Shown piece by piece: positions 18,422-27,665 of a stretch of DNA of 64,000 nucleotides (within the stretch, counting starts at the first letter, position 1; each line of letters opens with the position of its first letter). The DNA comes from a virus. The stretch spans positions 370 through 64,369 of IMG/VR virus record IMGVR_UViG_3300028585_000023. One strand, written 5' to 3'. The position numbers and the translations under genes were made by a program. The notes beneath the pieces are model-generated. The model was given only the letters and a program-made list of their open reading frames with translations. It was not told where the DNA came from and did not search any database.

Positions 18422-19572
18422 TACACAGCTCTCTCATATTTAATGAACGGATGTGGGTCGTAGCCTTCCAACTTAAAGTCTTCCAGCTTGTAATCCTCCA
18501 ATTTATCGTGAGGGTTAAGAACAGTGAGTGTGGGTAACTCACGCGGGGTACGACTCGCCTGCATAATTGCTTTTTCCTTATGGAAATTGTAAATATGCAC
18601 GTTAGTCATGTCCGCCTCTAACATCCGAGGAATCATGTTCGCTGCACCGGCAAACATATGCTGCAACACAGCATAGCTTGCGATGTTATACGGCACGCCA
18701 ACCATGTAGTCACATGAACGCTGATGATATTTCAGATCCAGGTAATACTTCGGTACGTTAGCATCATCCATGAACTCAATAAGGCGTTTATCATCAGTAT
18801 CGCCTAACCACTGACCTCGATGCGAACGGTCATTGTAATCTTCCCAGGCGCTAGGTGCGTTAGCCTCGATCCAATCGATACGATCTTCAACCGGGATCTC
18901 ATCGGTATACAGCTCGAACGCCCAATGACACGGAGTCAGGCATGGTTTACCGCCAATGACATTATCCTGCGGGCTAATGGATTCATCTGGCATGTTAGCC
19001 GGATCCCATGCAGATAGCACCATACGACGGCTCGTAGGATTCGTTTTAAGCATGTTTAGCAGATAACCGATCTGATCATGCACTTCGCCATTACGACCCT
19101 TCCAAGCGCGCCATGCTGGTCCGTATGGTGCATTGAGCGCACCTTCTGGTACCAGCACGACTTTCTTAGTACGCGGTACACCCTGTTGATCCAGGAAAGC
19201 ATGACCCGCTTTCGCAGAACCCATGCCATTGAGTTGTGCCTCAGCGACCGGGCGTTTTAGATCAGACAGCTCACACCAGGCAGTAAGACGCTCGTGATTA
19301 TCCATCGGGATTTCGCGAGAGATCTCTTCCTTAACACGCCAGTCATCCCAGATACTGATTCCGGGCATATCGGGATTACCCGCCAGGAAGGAGATCAGTT
19401 CATGAACGATGAAATCGAAACGAACCTTTTTACTGGTAACCAGCGGGAAGCCTTGACGCAGGTCGTAAGTCTGTTTCATGGAGAATACAGATAACGTACC
19501 CACACCAGTACGATCGCCACGTTGAGACCCGTTCTCAAAGATGTAACGAACCCCGTCTAAATATTGACGCAT
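18421..19572 (-). CDS. thyA: Thymidylate synthase
   Basis: DRTGVGT, FPLVTSKK, IWDDW, YG..WR, SRRM, PCH (catalytic Cys), QRSCD...PYNIASY. Confidence 0.96.
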   Translation of the reverse strand: MRQYLDGVRYIFENGSQRGDRTGVGTLSVFSMKQTYDLRQGFPLVTSKKVRFDFIVHELISFLAGNPDMPGISIWDDWRVKEEISREIPMDNHERLTAWCELSDLKRPVAEAQLNGMGSAKAGHAFLDQQGVPRTKKVVLVPEGALNAPYGPAWRAWKGRNGEVHDQIGYLLNMLKTNPTSRRMVLSAWDPANMPDESISPQDNVIGGKPCLTPCHWAFELYTDEIPVEDRIDWIEANAPSAWEDYNDRSHRGQWLGDTDDKRLIEFMDDANVPKYYLDLKYHQRSCDYMVGVPYNIASYAVLQHMFAGAANMIPRMLEADMTNVHIYNFHKEKAIMQASRTPRELPTLTVLNPHDKLEDYKLEDFKLEGYDPHPFIKYERAV

Positions 19573-19586
19573 GTTGCTTTTCCTTA

Positions 19587-20381
19587 TTAGCCGTAATGTT
19601 GTTCTTTGATCAGACGATCCATCGTTTCTTGTGGACTGTGCTCGTTATCCAACATACGAACACTACCGCCGACTACCCCGCCTTTCCAGCCGCTGCGATC
19701 ATGACCGATTCCATTCCCGCCATTGCCTTCATATTTGAAGTCAACACTGCGCACACGCCTTGCAAATAATGACAACCAAGGTAACCAGGCTAAACGCCAC
19801 GTCATGCGCTCAATGATAGCGCTGATCATGAGTTCCTGGACTTCACCATGTTTCGTGGTATAGGTCGCTGGAAACGCCCATTGACTAGCATTGGTTGGAT
19901 TCTCATCAGAGTTAACCCATTTGCCGCCAGTGGTCATGATTTCACGTTTATAGAACTCGCGCGCCCAAGGCAGAGGGAATGACTTGGTGCGCTTACGCAG
20001 ACTGATGTGTTCGCCTGACTTCGCTGACTTATTACCCAGGTGAAGGTAGACGTGATTATCCATGACACTAAAACCGTACGACGGCTTATTGTCATTCTCT
20101 GTCCAGGTCAGTTGTTTACGCGGCTTCGACCAGGCGATCAGCACAAACCAGTAGAGACGCAATACCAGTGAGAGCTTTCTGCCATTTTCGACATAACAGG
20201 CAAAACCATAACCAACTTTACGGTTAAGGGTTTTATTGAACGTTCGGCCGTAAGACAACTCGTATTGGTCACCACACACCCGAGTGCTACCATCTTCGTC
20301 TTTGCGTGCAGATGAGGCACCTAACCAACGCTTAAACACGGCTGCCAACATGACTTGCCCCTTTTGGATCGTAGTTTTCAA
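19587..20381 (-). CDS. Hypothetical protein (start may be 20351)
   Basis: 264 aa Trp-rich ORF. Confidence 0.7.
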   Translation of the reverse strand: MKTTIQKGQVMLAAVFKRWLGASSARKDEDGSTRVCGDQYELSYGRTFNKTLNRKVGYGFACYVENGRKLSLVLRLYWFVLIAWSKPRKQLTWTENDNKPSYGFSVMDNHVYLHLGNKSAKSGEHISLRKRTKSFPLPWAREFYKREIMTTGGKWVNSDENPTNASQWAFPATYTTKHGEVQELMISAIIERMTWRLAWLPWLSLFARRVRSVDFKYEGNGGNGIGHDRSGWKGGVVGGSVRMLDNEHSPQETMDRLIKEQHYG

Positions 20382-21126
20382 TTGCCATCATGATATCGAC
20401 GTAGTCTTCAACCCGCCAATTCCTACCGGTCACTAAGCCCGCCAGTAACCACACCGCCGCGACCTCGGTATCTTTCTGCACGATCTGACGTTGCGCCAGT
20501 CGATGGATAGCGTACCGCGCAGCTTGATTTATGAATTTATACTCTTCAAAGATCACTCTACCTTTTTGGTCGATAACGCCGGTATGGATCTCGTGATGAG
20601 GTTGATGATCGCGAGAACTGCTTACATCACGGCTATAGGTGCGAGCCCGATCAAATGATTTAAAGGCTGTAAGAATCGCATGGGTTATCGGATTACCTTG
20701 CATGTCCGTGACGATCAGGTCCACGCCCAGGTTGACCGGATAGTGATTGCGCACATGACACCAGTACGGCAATGTTGGATTAACCTTACGATCAAACACA
20801 CCCAATGCAATGAATACCCGGTAATCGTTTTGAATTGGATGTGGTTTGTCCTGATCAGCCAGTAACTCCATTAGATAAACTGTAGCACCACCGACATACG
20901 CATTGTGATCCATCCACGTGACCAGAGTTTCCATTTGGTCGGCCGTGATGATCTGTTCGGCCAGCTGCAGGCGATCACTTGAAATAAAGTGCTCGTTGAT
21001 TGCCTCAATGTGCTGGTCATAACTTGCAAAGAACTTCTTTTTCAAATCAGAAGTGGTTTGGTGTAGCCGATCCAGACGCGCCTGACGTTGTGCCTGCAGT
21101 TCAGTTGGTGATAATTCTTTACCCAT
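20332..21126 (-). CDS. Hypothetical protein
   Basis: Likely start MGKELS at 21126 with AGGAG SD. Confidence 0.7.
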   Translation of the reverse strand: MGKELSPTELQAQRQARLDRLHQTTSDLKKKFFASYDQHIEAINEHFISSDRLQLAEQIITADQMETLVTWMDHNAYVGGATVYLMELLADQDKPHPIQNDYRVFIALGVFDRKVNPTLPYWCHVRNHYPVNLGVDLIVTDMQGNPITHAILTAFKSFDRARTYSRDVSSSRDHQPHHEIHTGVIDQKGRVIFEEYKFINQAARYAIHRLAQRQIVQKDTEVAAVWLLAGLVTGRNWRVEDYVDIMMAIENYDPKGASHVGSRV

Positions 21127-21820
21127 AACGTTGCTCCTTAGGTGGATACTTCTTAACGAGCTTTTGGACTTCGGCATCTACTGTTTTCGATGCGACCTTT
21201 TGCAAGTTGTTGATGTGATACGCAATGGCCATTTCAAAACCGTCAATTAAGACGTCTTCCATGGAGTTGTGACGCTCCAGACCAGCGGGATAACCCAGCC
21301 ATGGGATAAACCCGATATCGGTATCCAACTTGGCATCGATGTAAGTGCGGATCTCTTTGTTAGAGCGATGATTGTGCGGTAGCTTCACACCGGCATCACG
21401 TGCTAAAGACGCAATAGCACGAGCATCAAAGTCACCACGGTAATAAATGTTCACCAGTGCATCTTCCCCACGTTCTTCTTTGGTGAGAGTGATGAGGTTC
21501 TGAATGAACTCGACGTATTGTTCCATAGCAGCTTTCAATGGCGTAGTTGGTTCCAGAATAGCAGCCTGTGCTGCCTTGGTTGTCTTCTTCACCCACCACG
21601 CTTGTGTGCTCGCCAGGAACGTACGACCCAGGAGGTATTGTTCAGTGATGTTAAACACCACATGGAACGACCCTTCTGGTTTTTTCTTTGCTTTATAATC
21701 AGCAATCTGTTTTTCAATATCAGACAGATCAGTCACATTCAGGATAATACCCGAAAGGGTAAACAGACCGGCGCTATCAACCAGGTCAGTAGATTCAGCA
21801 TCAACTACACCAACAAGCAT
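21119..21820 (-). CDS. DEDDh-family 3'-5' exonuclease (Rv2179c-like)
   Basis: VVDAES (ExoI), RGDFDA (ExoII), HNSMEDV (ExoIII). Confidence 0.7.
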   Translation of the reverse strand: MLVGVVDAESTDLVDSAGLFTLSGIILNVTDLSDIEKQIADYKAKKKPEGSFHVVFNITEQYLLGRTFLASTQAWWVKKTTKAAQAAILEPTTPLKAAMEQYVEFIQNLITLTKEERGEDALVNIYYRGDFDARAIASLARDAGVKLPHNHRSNKEIRTYIDAKLDTDIGFIPWLGYPAGLERHNSMEDVLIDGFEMAIAYHINNLQKVASKTVDAEVQKLVKKYPPKEQRYG

Positions 21821-21830
21821 TTCTCTTTCC

Positions 21831-22376
21831 TTAACTTAAAGTAACGATAATCGAGTCATCACGTGTTTCAACAGCAAGAGTCCATTTAGATTCTGGAAAC
21901 TCTTTTTCCGGGTAGTTTTCATTGTATACTTTGATTAAATCAAATCTCAAGTACATAGGCGACGATAGCTTTTTAGCGACCTCGGCCACGTCAGATAAAA
22001 ACTTAGGTGCAAGTACATCGCGATTAAAACGATAGGTACACACGATACACAGCGACTCATCAGCCGCACCAGGTTTACGAGTGATGCGCGCATTTCCTTG
22101 CGCCACAGCCAAATCATCTAGGTTGGTGCATCCATGAAGGCGCGACCAAAGCCTCTGGTCTTCATTATAAAACCCCTCAACGATATCATCTATCTTACGT
22201 CGGTCTTTCAAATCGATATGAAACTCGCCGGTGTTATAAATCAAAGCAACCATAGCCTCACTGCTTCTGATAATATCCCATGCAAAACGATCGATATTAC
22301 TGCGCTGTTCTTCTAACTTAGCTTCAGATCTTTCGCGTAGACGTTTAAGAATGCCGGCACTCGTGATAGTTTCCAT
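21831..22376 (-). CDS. Hypothetical protein
   Basis: 181 aa ORF. Confidence 0.7.
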   Translation of the reverse strand: METITSAGILKRLRERSEAKLEEQRSNIDRFAWDIIRSSEAMVALIYNTGEFHIDLKDRRKIDDIVEGFYNEDQRLWSRLHGCTNLDDLAVAQGNARITRKPGAADESLCIVCTYRFNRDVLAPKFLSDVAEVAKKLSSPMYLRFDLIKVYNENYPEKEFPESKWTLAVETRDDSIIVTLS

Positions 22377-22442
22377 GAATATCTCTCTATTTATATTTGG
22401 CTAAATGATTGGACAATGGATGTCGGAAAGAACAAAAAAAAT

Positions 22443-22468
22443 GGCATAAAGGGAGGCCGAAGCCCCCC
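22443..22468 (-). terminator. Hairpin (UUCG loop) + TTTATGCC terminator
   Basis: GGGGGGC-TTCG-GCCTCCC then TTTATGCC. Confidence 0.82.
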
Positions 22469-22474
22469 ATCTGA

Positions 22475-22675
22475 TTAGCGCATACTGTAAACAGGTCGGT
22501 AGTTCACACCGAAGTCATTGCAATGTTTTATTGCGACTACTGCAAAGCAAACAGCCACTGCAAAGATACCGGGGTAAACATAACGCTTTACTTTATTTTC
22601 TGTCATGGGTAATCCGTAAGATCCCCAGAGATAGCATAAAAGTAAGATCGAGATGTAGAGCCATAAATCATCCAT
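22475..22675 (-). CDS. Small 2-TM membrane protein
   Basis: Likely start MDDLWLY at 22675 with GGAG SD. Confidence 0.65.
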   Translation of the reverse strand: MDDLWLYISILLLCYLWGSYGLPMTENKVKRYVYPGIFAVAVCFAVVAIKHCNDFGVNYRPVYSMR

Positions 22676-22679
22676 GAAG

Positions 22680-23000
22680 TCACTCCGCTTTGAATACATC
22701 CGTGCTAGCAGGTACGTATACTGGCCCGTCAATACGTTTGTAGCAACGATCGTTTGACATCACACCCTGACCCGGTGGTAGATCACGACACTTACCACGC
22801 TCCATGTAAGCATCGAATGCGGCGAAGCCATACGTTATCAATACCACTACGATTCCCGCAATAGTCGGTATGCCATAACGCCCCAGCTTGGTTTCAGCAG
22901 TGTTTGTCCCGCCGCTACCAAAGTAGAACCAGATGAACACCATGATAAAGATGACGAGATCGAGGATGTATGAAAAATATGCGTGAAAGAATTCTGACAT
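22680..23000 (-). CDS. Small 2-TM membrane protein with Cys-containing C-terminal domain
   Basis: Likely start MSEFFH at 23000 with AGGA SD. Confidence 0.65.
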   Translation of the reverse strand: MSEFFHAYFSYILDLVIFIMVFIWFYFGSGGTNTAETKLGRYGIPTIAGIVVVLITYGFAAFDAYMERGKCRDLPPGQGVMSNDRCYKRIDGPVYVPASTDVFKAE

Positions 23001-23017
23001 GAAATAAGTTCCTATGC

Positions 23018-23047
23018 GGCATAAAGGGGTAGGATATCCTACCCCTT
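23018..23047 (-). terminator. Hairpin + TATGCC terminator
   Basis: Perfect 10-bp stem AAGGGGTAGG-ATAT-CCTACCCCTT then TATGCC. Confidence 0.85.
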
Positions 23048-23049
23048 GA

Positions 23050-23228
23050 TTATGAGAGCTTGAGCTGTGTAGAAAAAGGAGAGCAATATACAATGCAAAG
23101 TTCGCCGAATAACTAAAATCCGTCGACTTGAGTTATACGACTTTGGCTATGCTGCCACTGCCGGGTTCTAACCCTTACCCAAGGGAGATAATGGATCACC
23201 TCTTTAGAGTTACAACCTATATAATAAG
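23050..23228 (-). ncRNA. Candidate structured non-coding RNA or long 3'UTR element
   Basis: About 180 nt without a credible ORF, several complementary segments, ends at a strong terminator. Confidence 0.35.
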
Positions 23229-23230
23229 CA

Positions 23231-23653
23231 TTATATTTCTTCTTTCTTCTCTACACGGATTGTAAGTTGACACGGTGGTAATACGTTACCGAGTACGACC
23301 TTACAATCAGGATAGTACAGCTCAAGGTGAGAACTGATAATATCCACAAACGATTTGATAAGACCTGCATCCTGAACGAATTGCGGGATATTGATTTCAT
23401 ACACCGTGCAGGTTTCACTGCGAATCTCAACAGACCAACACGTGATCTTTTCCAGGTCGTTGTATTGGACAAACTTGTGTTCACCAAAACGTGGAATGGA
23501 ACGATCGGTTAACCCGTTGCGATGATAGAACGCGGTACTGATCAACGTGCTGACTAAAGCGTTACAATAATCAGGTAATACCGCCACCTCCTTGGCGGCA
23601 GCATGGTCTTTGTCAATTTCCCGGACATGGGTAATAATACCACGATTTGGCAT
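23231..23653 (-). CDS. Hypothetical protein
   Basis: 140 aa, coupled to the upstream gene. Confidence 0.7.
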   Translation of the reverse strand: MPNRGIITHVREIDKDHAAAKEVAVLPDYCNALVSTLISTAFYHRNGLTDRSIPRFGEHKFVQYNDLEKITCWSVEIRSETCTVYEINIPQFVQDAGLIKSFVDIISSHLELYYPDCKVVLGNVLPPCQLTIRVEKKEEI

Positions 23654-24105
23654 CAGGCTTTCCCTTTGGATGCTTTAACTAAAACGAACTCGAATTCGTG
23701 GTTAAACGCCTCGCCACTACTAACAGCATGGTAATCGTCAATCCTTGCATTAAGGTGACCTGCCAGTTGATGTCCGGCAACGTACTGTAGTTTGTGATCA
23801 CGAATGAAGCTAGCCCAGTCAATGCTAATATAAATAGATCCCTTTGGGTACACCATAATGCGTACACCCGTGATACGATCGCCGAAACAGAGAAATAGAC
23901 GGTCAGTACAGCTAACAGACCTAACAACAGTTTCATCATGGTAATCCGCCTTACGAATCGCTTTCTCAATTACCTTTTGAAGCTTAGCTGCCATTTTGCT
24001 TATATAACCAGGCAGAGTTGCTTCTTGCTTTCTGCACAGCGTAGTACGTTCGTTTTGAGTATCAAACTCGATTACATCCAGCGCATCATCAATACGTGTG
24101 TTCAT
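23653..24105 (-). CDS. Hypothetical protein
   Basis: 150 aa, AAGGA SD. Confidence 0.7.
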   Translation of the reverse strand: MNTRIDDALDVIEFDTQNERTTLCRKQEATLPGYISKMAAKLQKVIEKAIRKADYHDETVVRSVSCTDRLFLCFGDRITGVRIMVYPKGSIYISIDWASFIRDHKLQYVAGHQLAGHLNARIDDYHAVSSGEAFNHEFEFVLVKASKGKA

Positions 24106-24144
24106 AAGTTTCCTTTTATGGACAAGTTAAGTTAGATTGGTTCT

Positions 24145-24660
24145 TTACTCTTGCATAAGTGAAGGTGGTTTCCCGGTGATCTTCCGTTTGACCATTTCAG
24201 CATATACATTAGTCAGTTGTGTATACTTGTACGTATTTAATAAAATCTTGCGAGATTGCGAAACCAGATTCATTGCATCAACCAGTTCCGCATGAACTTC
24301 CATTGCCGCTTGCATACACTCCTCAAGGTGAGGGTCGTTAGAGCGACAATAGCGCAGGCCTTTGCCCCGCGGAATAATGCGACGAGTAACCATGCTGTCA
24401 ACCAGGGTGTATTCGTACACTAATCCGTGCGGTGTTATCAGAATACCTAGAACATAGTTGTTGTAGGAACTATCAACCGACAGTTTACCTGGTTCAAGGA
24501 AATACTCGATTAGCGCAAGCCCTTGATGCGAGACAGGAAAGAATCGACCACATGGCATCCACAGTGATCCCTCACCTGGCGTGAATGGCAGTCCGTTCAG
24601 TTTAAGCAATTGATGGGCGTAAACGATGTTATTTTCTGAGATGGCAAAGATGCTGCTCAT
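24145..24660 (-). CDS. Hypothetical protein, possibly a degenerate paralogue of the adjacent Ntn-like protein
   Basis: Similar size and N-terminal strand pattern; coupled to 24660-25187. Confidence 0.6.
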   Translation of the reverse strand: MSSIFAISENNIVYAHQLLKLNGLPFTPGEGSLWMPCGRFFPVSHQGLALIEYFLEPGKLSVDSSYNNYVLGILITPHGLVYEYTLVDSMVTRRIIPRGKGLRYCRSNDPHLEECMQAAMEVHAELVDAMNLVSQSRKILLNTYKYTQLTNVYAEMVKRKITGKPPSLMQE

Positions 24661-25187
24661 TATACCGCCTCTTTAATAAGTGGTTTTAACGTAGCCTGAT
24701 TGATAAGAGTAAACCGCTTACTGACTTCCTGGTTTACTTTAGACACCGCTTCAACTGTCTTTTGTGGTGACAGACCCGCTGTTAAGAAAACGTCCGCCAT
24801 CACTTGCCCGCTACCTGTTGCATACCAAGGCTCGTTACTGAGATCGATCAGCATACCCGCTTCCACAGCGAAGATATGAGTACGGGTCATGATCATAAAG
24901 TGACGAATAGTCATCCCCATGCGCAACGCATCTTCTTCACTGTATCTGTTGTTGTAATCCAAATCCCGATGACGGTAGTGATGATCAGTAACGGAGTTAA
25001 TGAAGAAATCAAACGCGACCTGTAGGTCTTCCTCAGTTAACACCTGTCCAGTAACCGCCAACACAATCCTGCCACATTTAGACTTATAGAGCTTCTTGAC
25101 ATCACGTGCCATGTCAAAAGAAGCGACATAGCGTGATCCCTGCCTATCCCCAACTAATAGCCCGTCTTTGTAAATCACTAAACTCAT
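24660..25187 (-). CDS. HslV/proteasome-beta-like Ntn-hydrolase fold protein
   Basis: Start MSLVIYKDGLLVGDRQ at 25187; VLAVTG; WYATGSG..MA.....AG.....VEAVSK. Confidence 0.6.
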   Translation of the reverse strand: MSLVIYKDGLLVGDRQGSRYVASFDMARDVKKLYKSKCGRIVLAVTGQVLTEEDLQVAFDFFINSVTDHHYRHRDLDYNNRYSEEDALRMGMTIRHFMIMTRTHIFAVEAGMLIDLSNEPWYATGSGQVMADVFLTAGLSPQKTVEAVSKVNQEVSKRFTLINQATLKPLIKEAV

Positions 25188-25200
25188 ATAACCCCCGAAC

Positions 25201-25226
25201 GGCATAAGGGAGGGTTTCCCCTCCCC
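25201..25226 (-). terminator. Hairpin + TTATGCC terminator
   Basis: GGGGAGGG-GAAA-CCCTCCC then TTATGCC. Confidence 0.8.
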
Positions 25227-25233
25227 GCATGGA

Positions 25234-25524
25234 TTAACCTGGACGACGCATGTTCATCGAACCGGCAGTAGCCGCGCTATTTACTTTCTTCTCGGGGATA
25301 TCCCAGCCCGTCACTTCGCCTTCTGGACTGAAGTACAGCTTGGTACCGTTGACGCGTGCTTCGAGCGGAACGTCCTGTGCCGGCGCACCTAACTCTTGAG
25401 TCAGGTTATGATCCATTGAAATGATCAGTTTGGTTTTGTTACCACCAGACACATTAGCGTACAGACGGCCATCTTTTGTTTTGAACAGGAATGGAACGAG
25501 TTTTGCATCAAGGGCAAAGGCCAT
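25234..25524 (-). CDS. Hypothetical protein
   Basis: 96 aa, AAGGA SD. Confidence 0.72.
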   Translation of the reverse strand: MAFALDAKLVPFLFKTKDGRLYANVSGGNKTKLIISMDHNLTQELGAPAQDVPLEARVNGTKLYFSPEGEVTGWDIPEKKVNSAATAGSMNMRRPG

Positions 25525-25579
25525 GATAATTTCCTTACTTGGTTAGTTAATAACGAGCAGTTAGCTCATGAACACAATA

Positions 25580-25813
25580 CTAATCACTGCCATAGCCACA
25601 AATATGCCAGGACAGGACACGAGAAGGAACCTCATGCTCGATATAGCAGATCACTGTCAGTTCAGCACCACGGGTTAGTGGCAGGTTATCGTTGATATCC
25701 TTTACAAAGAGATCAACGGCTTCCTGGGCTGACTTGGCCATGATGACAGCTATACGATCTATGTAGTCCAATGGATCCTTCTCATGTACTTTATAGACGT
25801 TGCTGGTAACCAT
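25580..25813 (-). CDS. Hypothetical protein
   Basis: 77 aa ORF in operon. Confidence 0.6.
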   Translation of the reverse strand: MVTSNVYKVHEKDPLDYIDRIAVIMAKSAQEAVDLFVKDINDNLPLTRGAELTVICYIEHEVPSRVLSWHICGYGSD

Positions 25814-25815
25814 GA

Positions 25816-26241
25816 TTACTGCACATCTACTTTGGTGACGATCCCTTCTACGGTATCGCGCAAGAAGAGTTCGATACTGAAGGTTTCGACGAGGTCAACG
25901 GCTTCAGTTGATTTCACCGACCAACCAATCGGACCGGTGACCTTAACCATGTCGCCTGACTTCCATCCCTGGAACACCATAGAGACTTCATCTTTGGTAT
26001 TAAGACTGCGTAGATCATCAAGGTTCATTACCGCACGGCAAGTGAACTGCTCGGCAAACACGCCATAGTCACCTGGCATGACGTAAGCACGTAAACCGAA
26101 TTTAGGATGCAGACCAGGACCTACCGTTCGCGACAGCGTAAAGATGAGTTCACCTGTGATACCCGCAACTAATTCATGACGAGGATCTTCAAGCGCCATC
26201 ATTGTTTCCGGGGAGAGTGCGTAGACCTTATTCAGTTCCAT
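25816..26241 (-). CDS. Hypothetical protein
   Basis: Likely start MELNKV at 26241. Confidence 0.65.
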   Translation of the reverse strand: MELNKVYALSPETMMALEDPRHELVAGITGELIFTLSRTVGPGLHPKFGLRAYVMPGDYGVFAEQFTCRAVMNLDDLRSLNTKDEVSMVFQGWKSGDMVKVTGPIGWSVKSTEAVDLVETFSIELFLRDTVEGIVTKVDVQ

Positions 26242-27229
26242 CGACCACCACCTTATCACGTTCTGCCTGACGCATTTTCTTTTGCATCTTACGCAGTTGT
26301 TTACCAGTCAGTTTCTTTCCATCCACTGAACGCATTTCTGACTTGGTGACAAAACGGCCATCCTTCTCGTTCTTACCACCGCCTGGTGCCTTACGATCAA
26401 TCGCACGATGTAGGTGCGGGGTAACCATGTGCGCTGCAAGTGCAGATACCGCGACCCGACGACGCATCGCCTTACCAGTAGGCGTGAAACCCAAGCTAGC
26501 AACACGATTAGCTTCGGCCTGTTCGGCACGATCTTTCTCAATCTGGATTGCCGCCATCTCTTCCAGTGTCTTAATTGCACACAGACATACCGCTGGCTGA
26601 TAATCCGTTGGCGACTCCAGGTTAAATGGCAACGTACTGGTCTTCCAGGCAACCTGCACATGCGCGTCAGTATGGTTAGCCTTCTTGCACAGTACATTGA
26701 GGTAAGACCGCAGGCTGTCACCCAGATCAGTGTTTGGCTCGATGTCGTTGTGACGTTCGCTCAGTTGTGTTTTGAGTTCCTCAACAGAGAGTTCATTCAC
26801 ATGTAACCACATCGCTTCTTCACCGCTCCAGGTACTCAGCACCCAGTCATCAAAGATACGACGCTTGATCGGCGTGAAGGTCACCGCGCCATCTTCGGCA
26901 ATGTTAACCGTTGGCAGCACATCACCAAACATCTTCACATTACGGTCTAGACGGTCTTTGCCTTTGAAGTAATACTCTTCAGTGATCTCTTCATCCAACA
27001 TCTGACGGATTTCAGCAATCTCATCATCTTCAACCCGGTCAGGGCCTTCATGATCAGATGTCCATTTAGCAAACGATCCCCCGTTAGGATAGTAATACCG
27101 CCAGACCTCACCGGTCTTCAGCTTGATATCATAACGGTCTTTGAGACGCCAACCAGTATACGGAACCCAGATACCTGGATGAGCAGGATGGTGATTCATC
27201 CCATCTTTTAATTCAACGACTTGTGCCAT
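26228..27229 (-). CDS. Hypothetical multi-domain protein with basic C-terminus
   Basis: 333 aa; tail KKLTGKQLRKMQKKMRQ. Confidence 0.75.
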   Translation of the reverse strand: MAQVVELKDGMNHHPAHPGIWVPYTGWRLKDRYDIKLKTGEVWRYYYPNGGSFAKWTSDHEGPDRVEDDEIAEIRQMLDEEITEEYYFKGKDRLDRNVKMFGDVLPTVNIAEDGAVTFTPIKRRIFDDWVLSTWSGEEAMWLHVNELSVEELKTQLSERHNDIEPNTDLGDSLRSYLNVLCKKANHTDAHVQVAWKTSTLPFNLESPTDYQPAVCLCAIKTLEEMAAIQIEKDRAEQAEANRVASLGFTPTGKAMRRRVAVSALAAHMVTPHLHRAIDRKAPGGGKNEKDGRFVTKSEMRSVDGKKLTGKQLRKMQKKMRQAERDKVVVDGTE

Positions 27230-27245
27230 GATAAAGTAGTCCTAC

Positions 27246-27665
27246 TTAAACAGGGGTGATGGTCAGGAAAGGCGCGCGTTCCATCAAATCGATTTCCTGC
27301 AACTCTTTCCAACTATCGTCGCGTAACATGGCCAGTGCGACCTGGTTAGTGTCGGCAACCTGGGTACGCAGGAACAGTGGCGAATCAACAATCGCGTCAA
27401 CCACACGCATCGCACCGCCTGAGAAGTTAGCATCGATGCCGTATTCCATACTGACCACATTAGAGCCCGGAATAACACCCATGCCCGCTTTAGCGAGAGT
27501 TGCCCTGGGGTCTCCACCACAGAAGTCTGGTTTAGCAACATCAATGGCTTTGCGAATGTGAGTATCGATATCATTGTTAGTGATCTCTTTACTCACTTCC
27601 AGGAACAGGTAACGTGTGTTGTACGACGTGTCACTGATGATAACCAGTTTAATTACATTGTCCAT
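27246..27665 (-). CDS. Hypothetical protein
   Basis: 139 aa, GAGG SD. Confidence 0.7.
   Translation of the reverse strand: MDNVIKLVIISDTSYNTRYLFLEVSKEITNNDIDTHIRKAIDVAKPDFCGGDPRATLAKAGMGVIPGSNVVSMEYGIDANFSGGAMRVVDAIVDSPLFLRTQVADTNQVALAMLRDDSWKELQEIDLMERAPFLTITPV

Noticed and set aside
18421-19572. Intron or intein in thyA (also considered for the RNA ligase insertion)
   Set aside because: Reading frames are continuous; inserts are short and lack intein Cys/Ser starts, His-Asn ends or endonuclease motifs.
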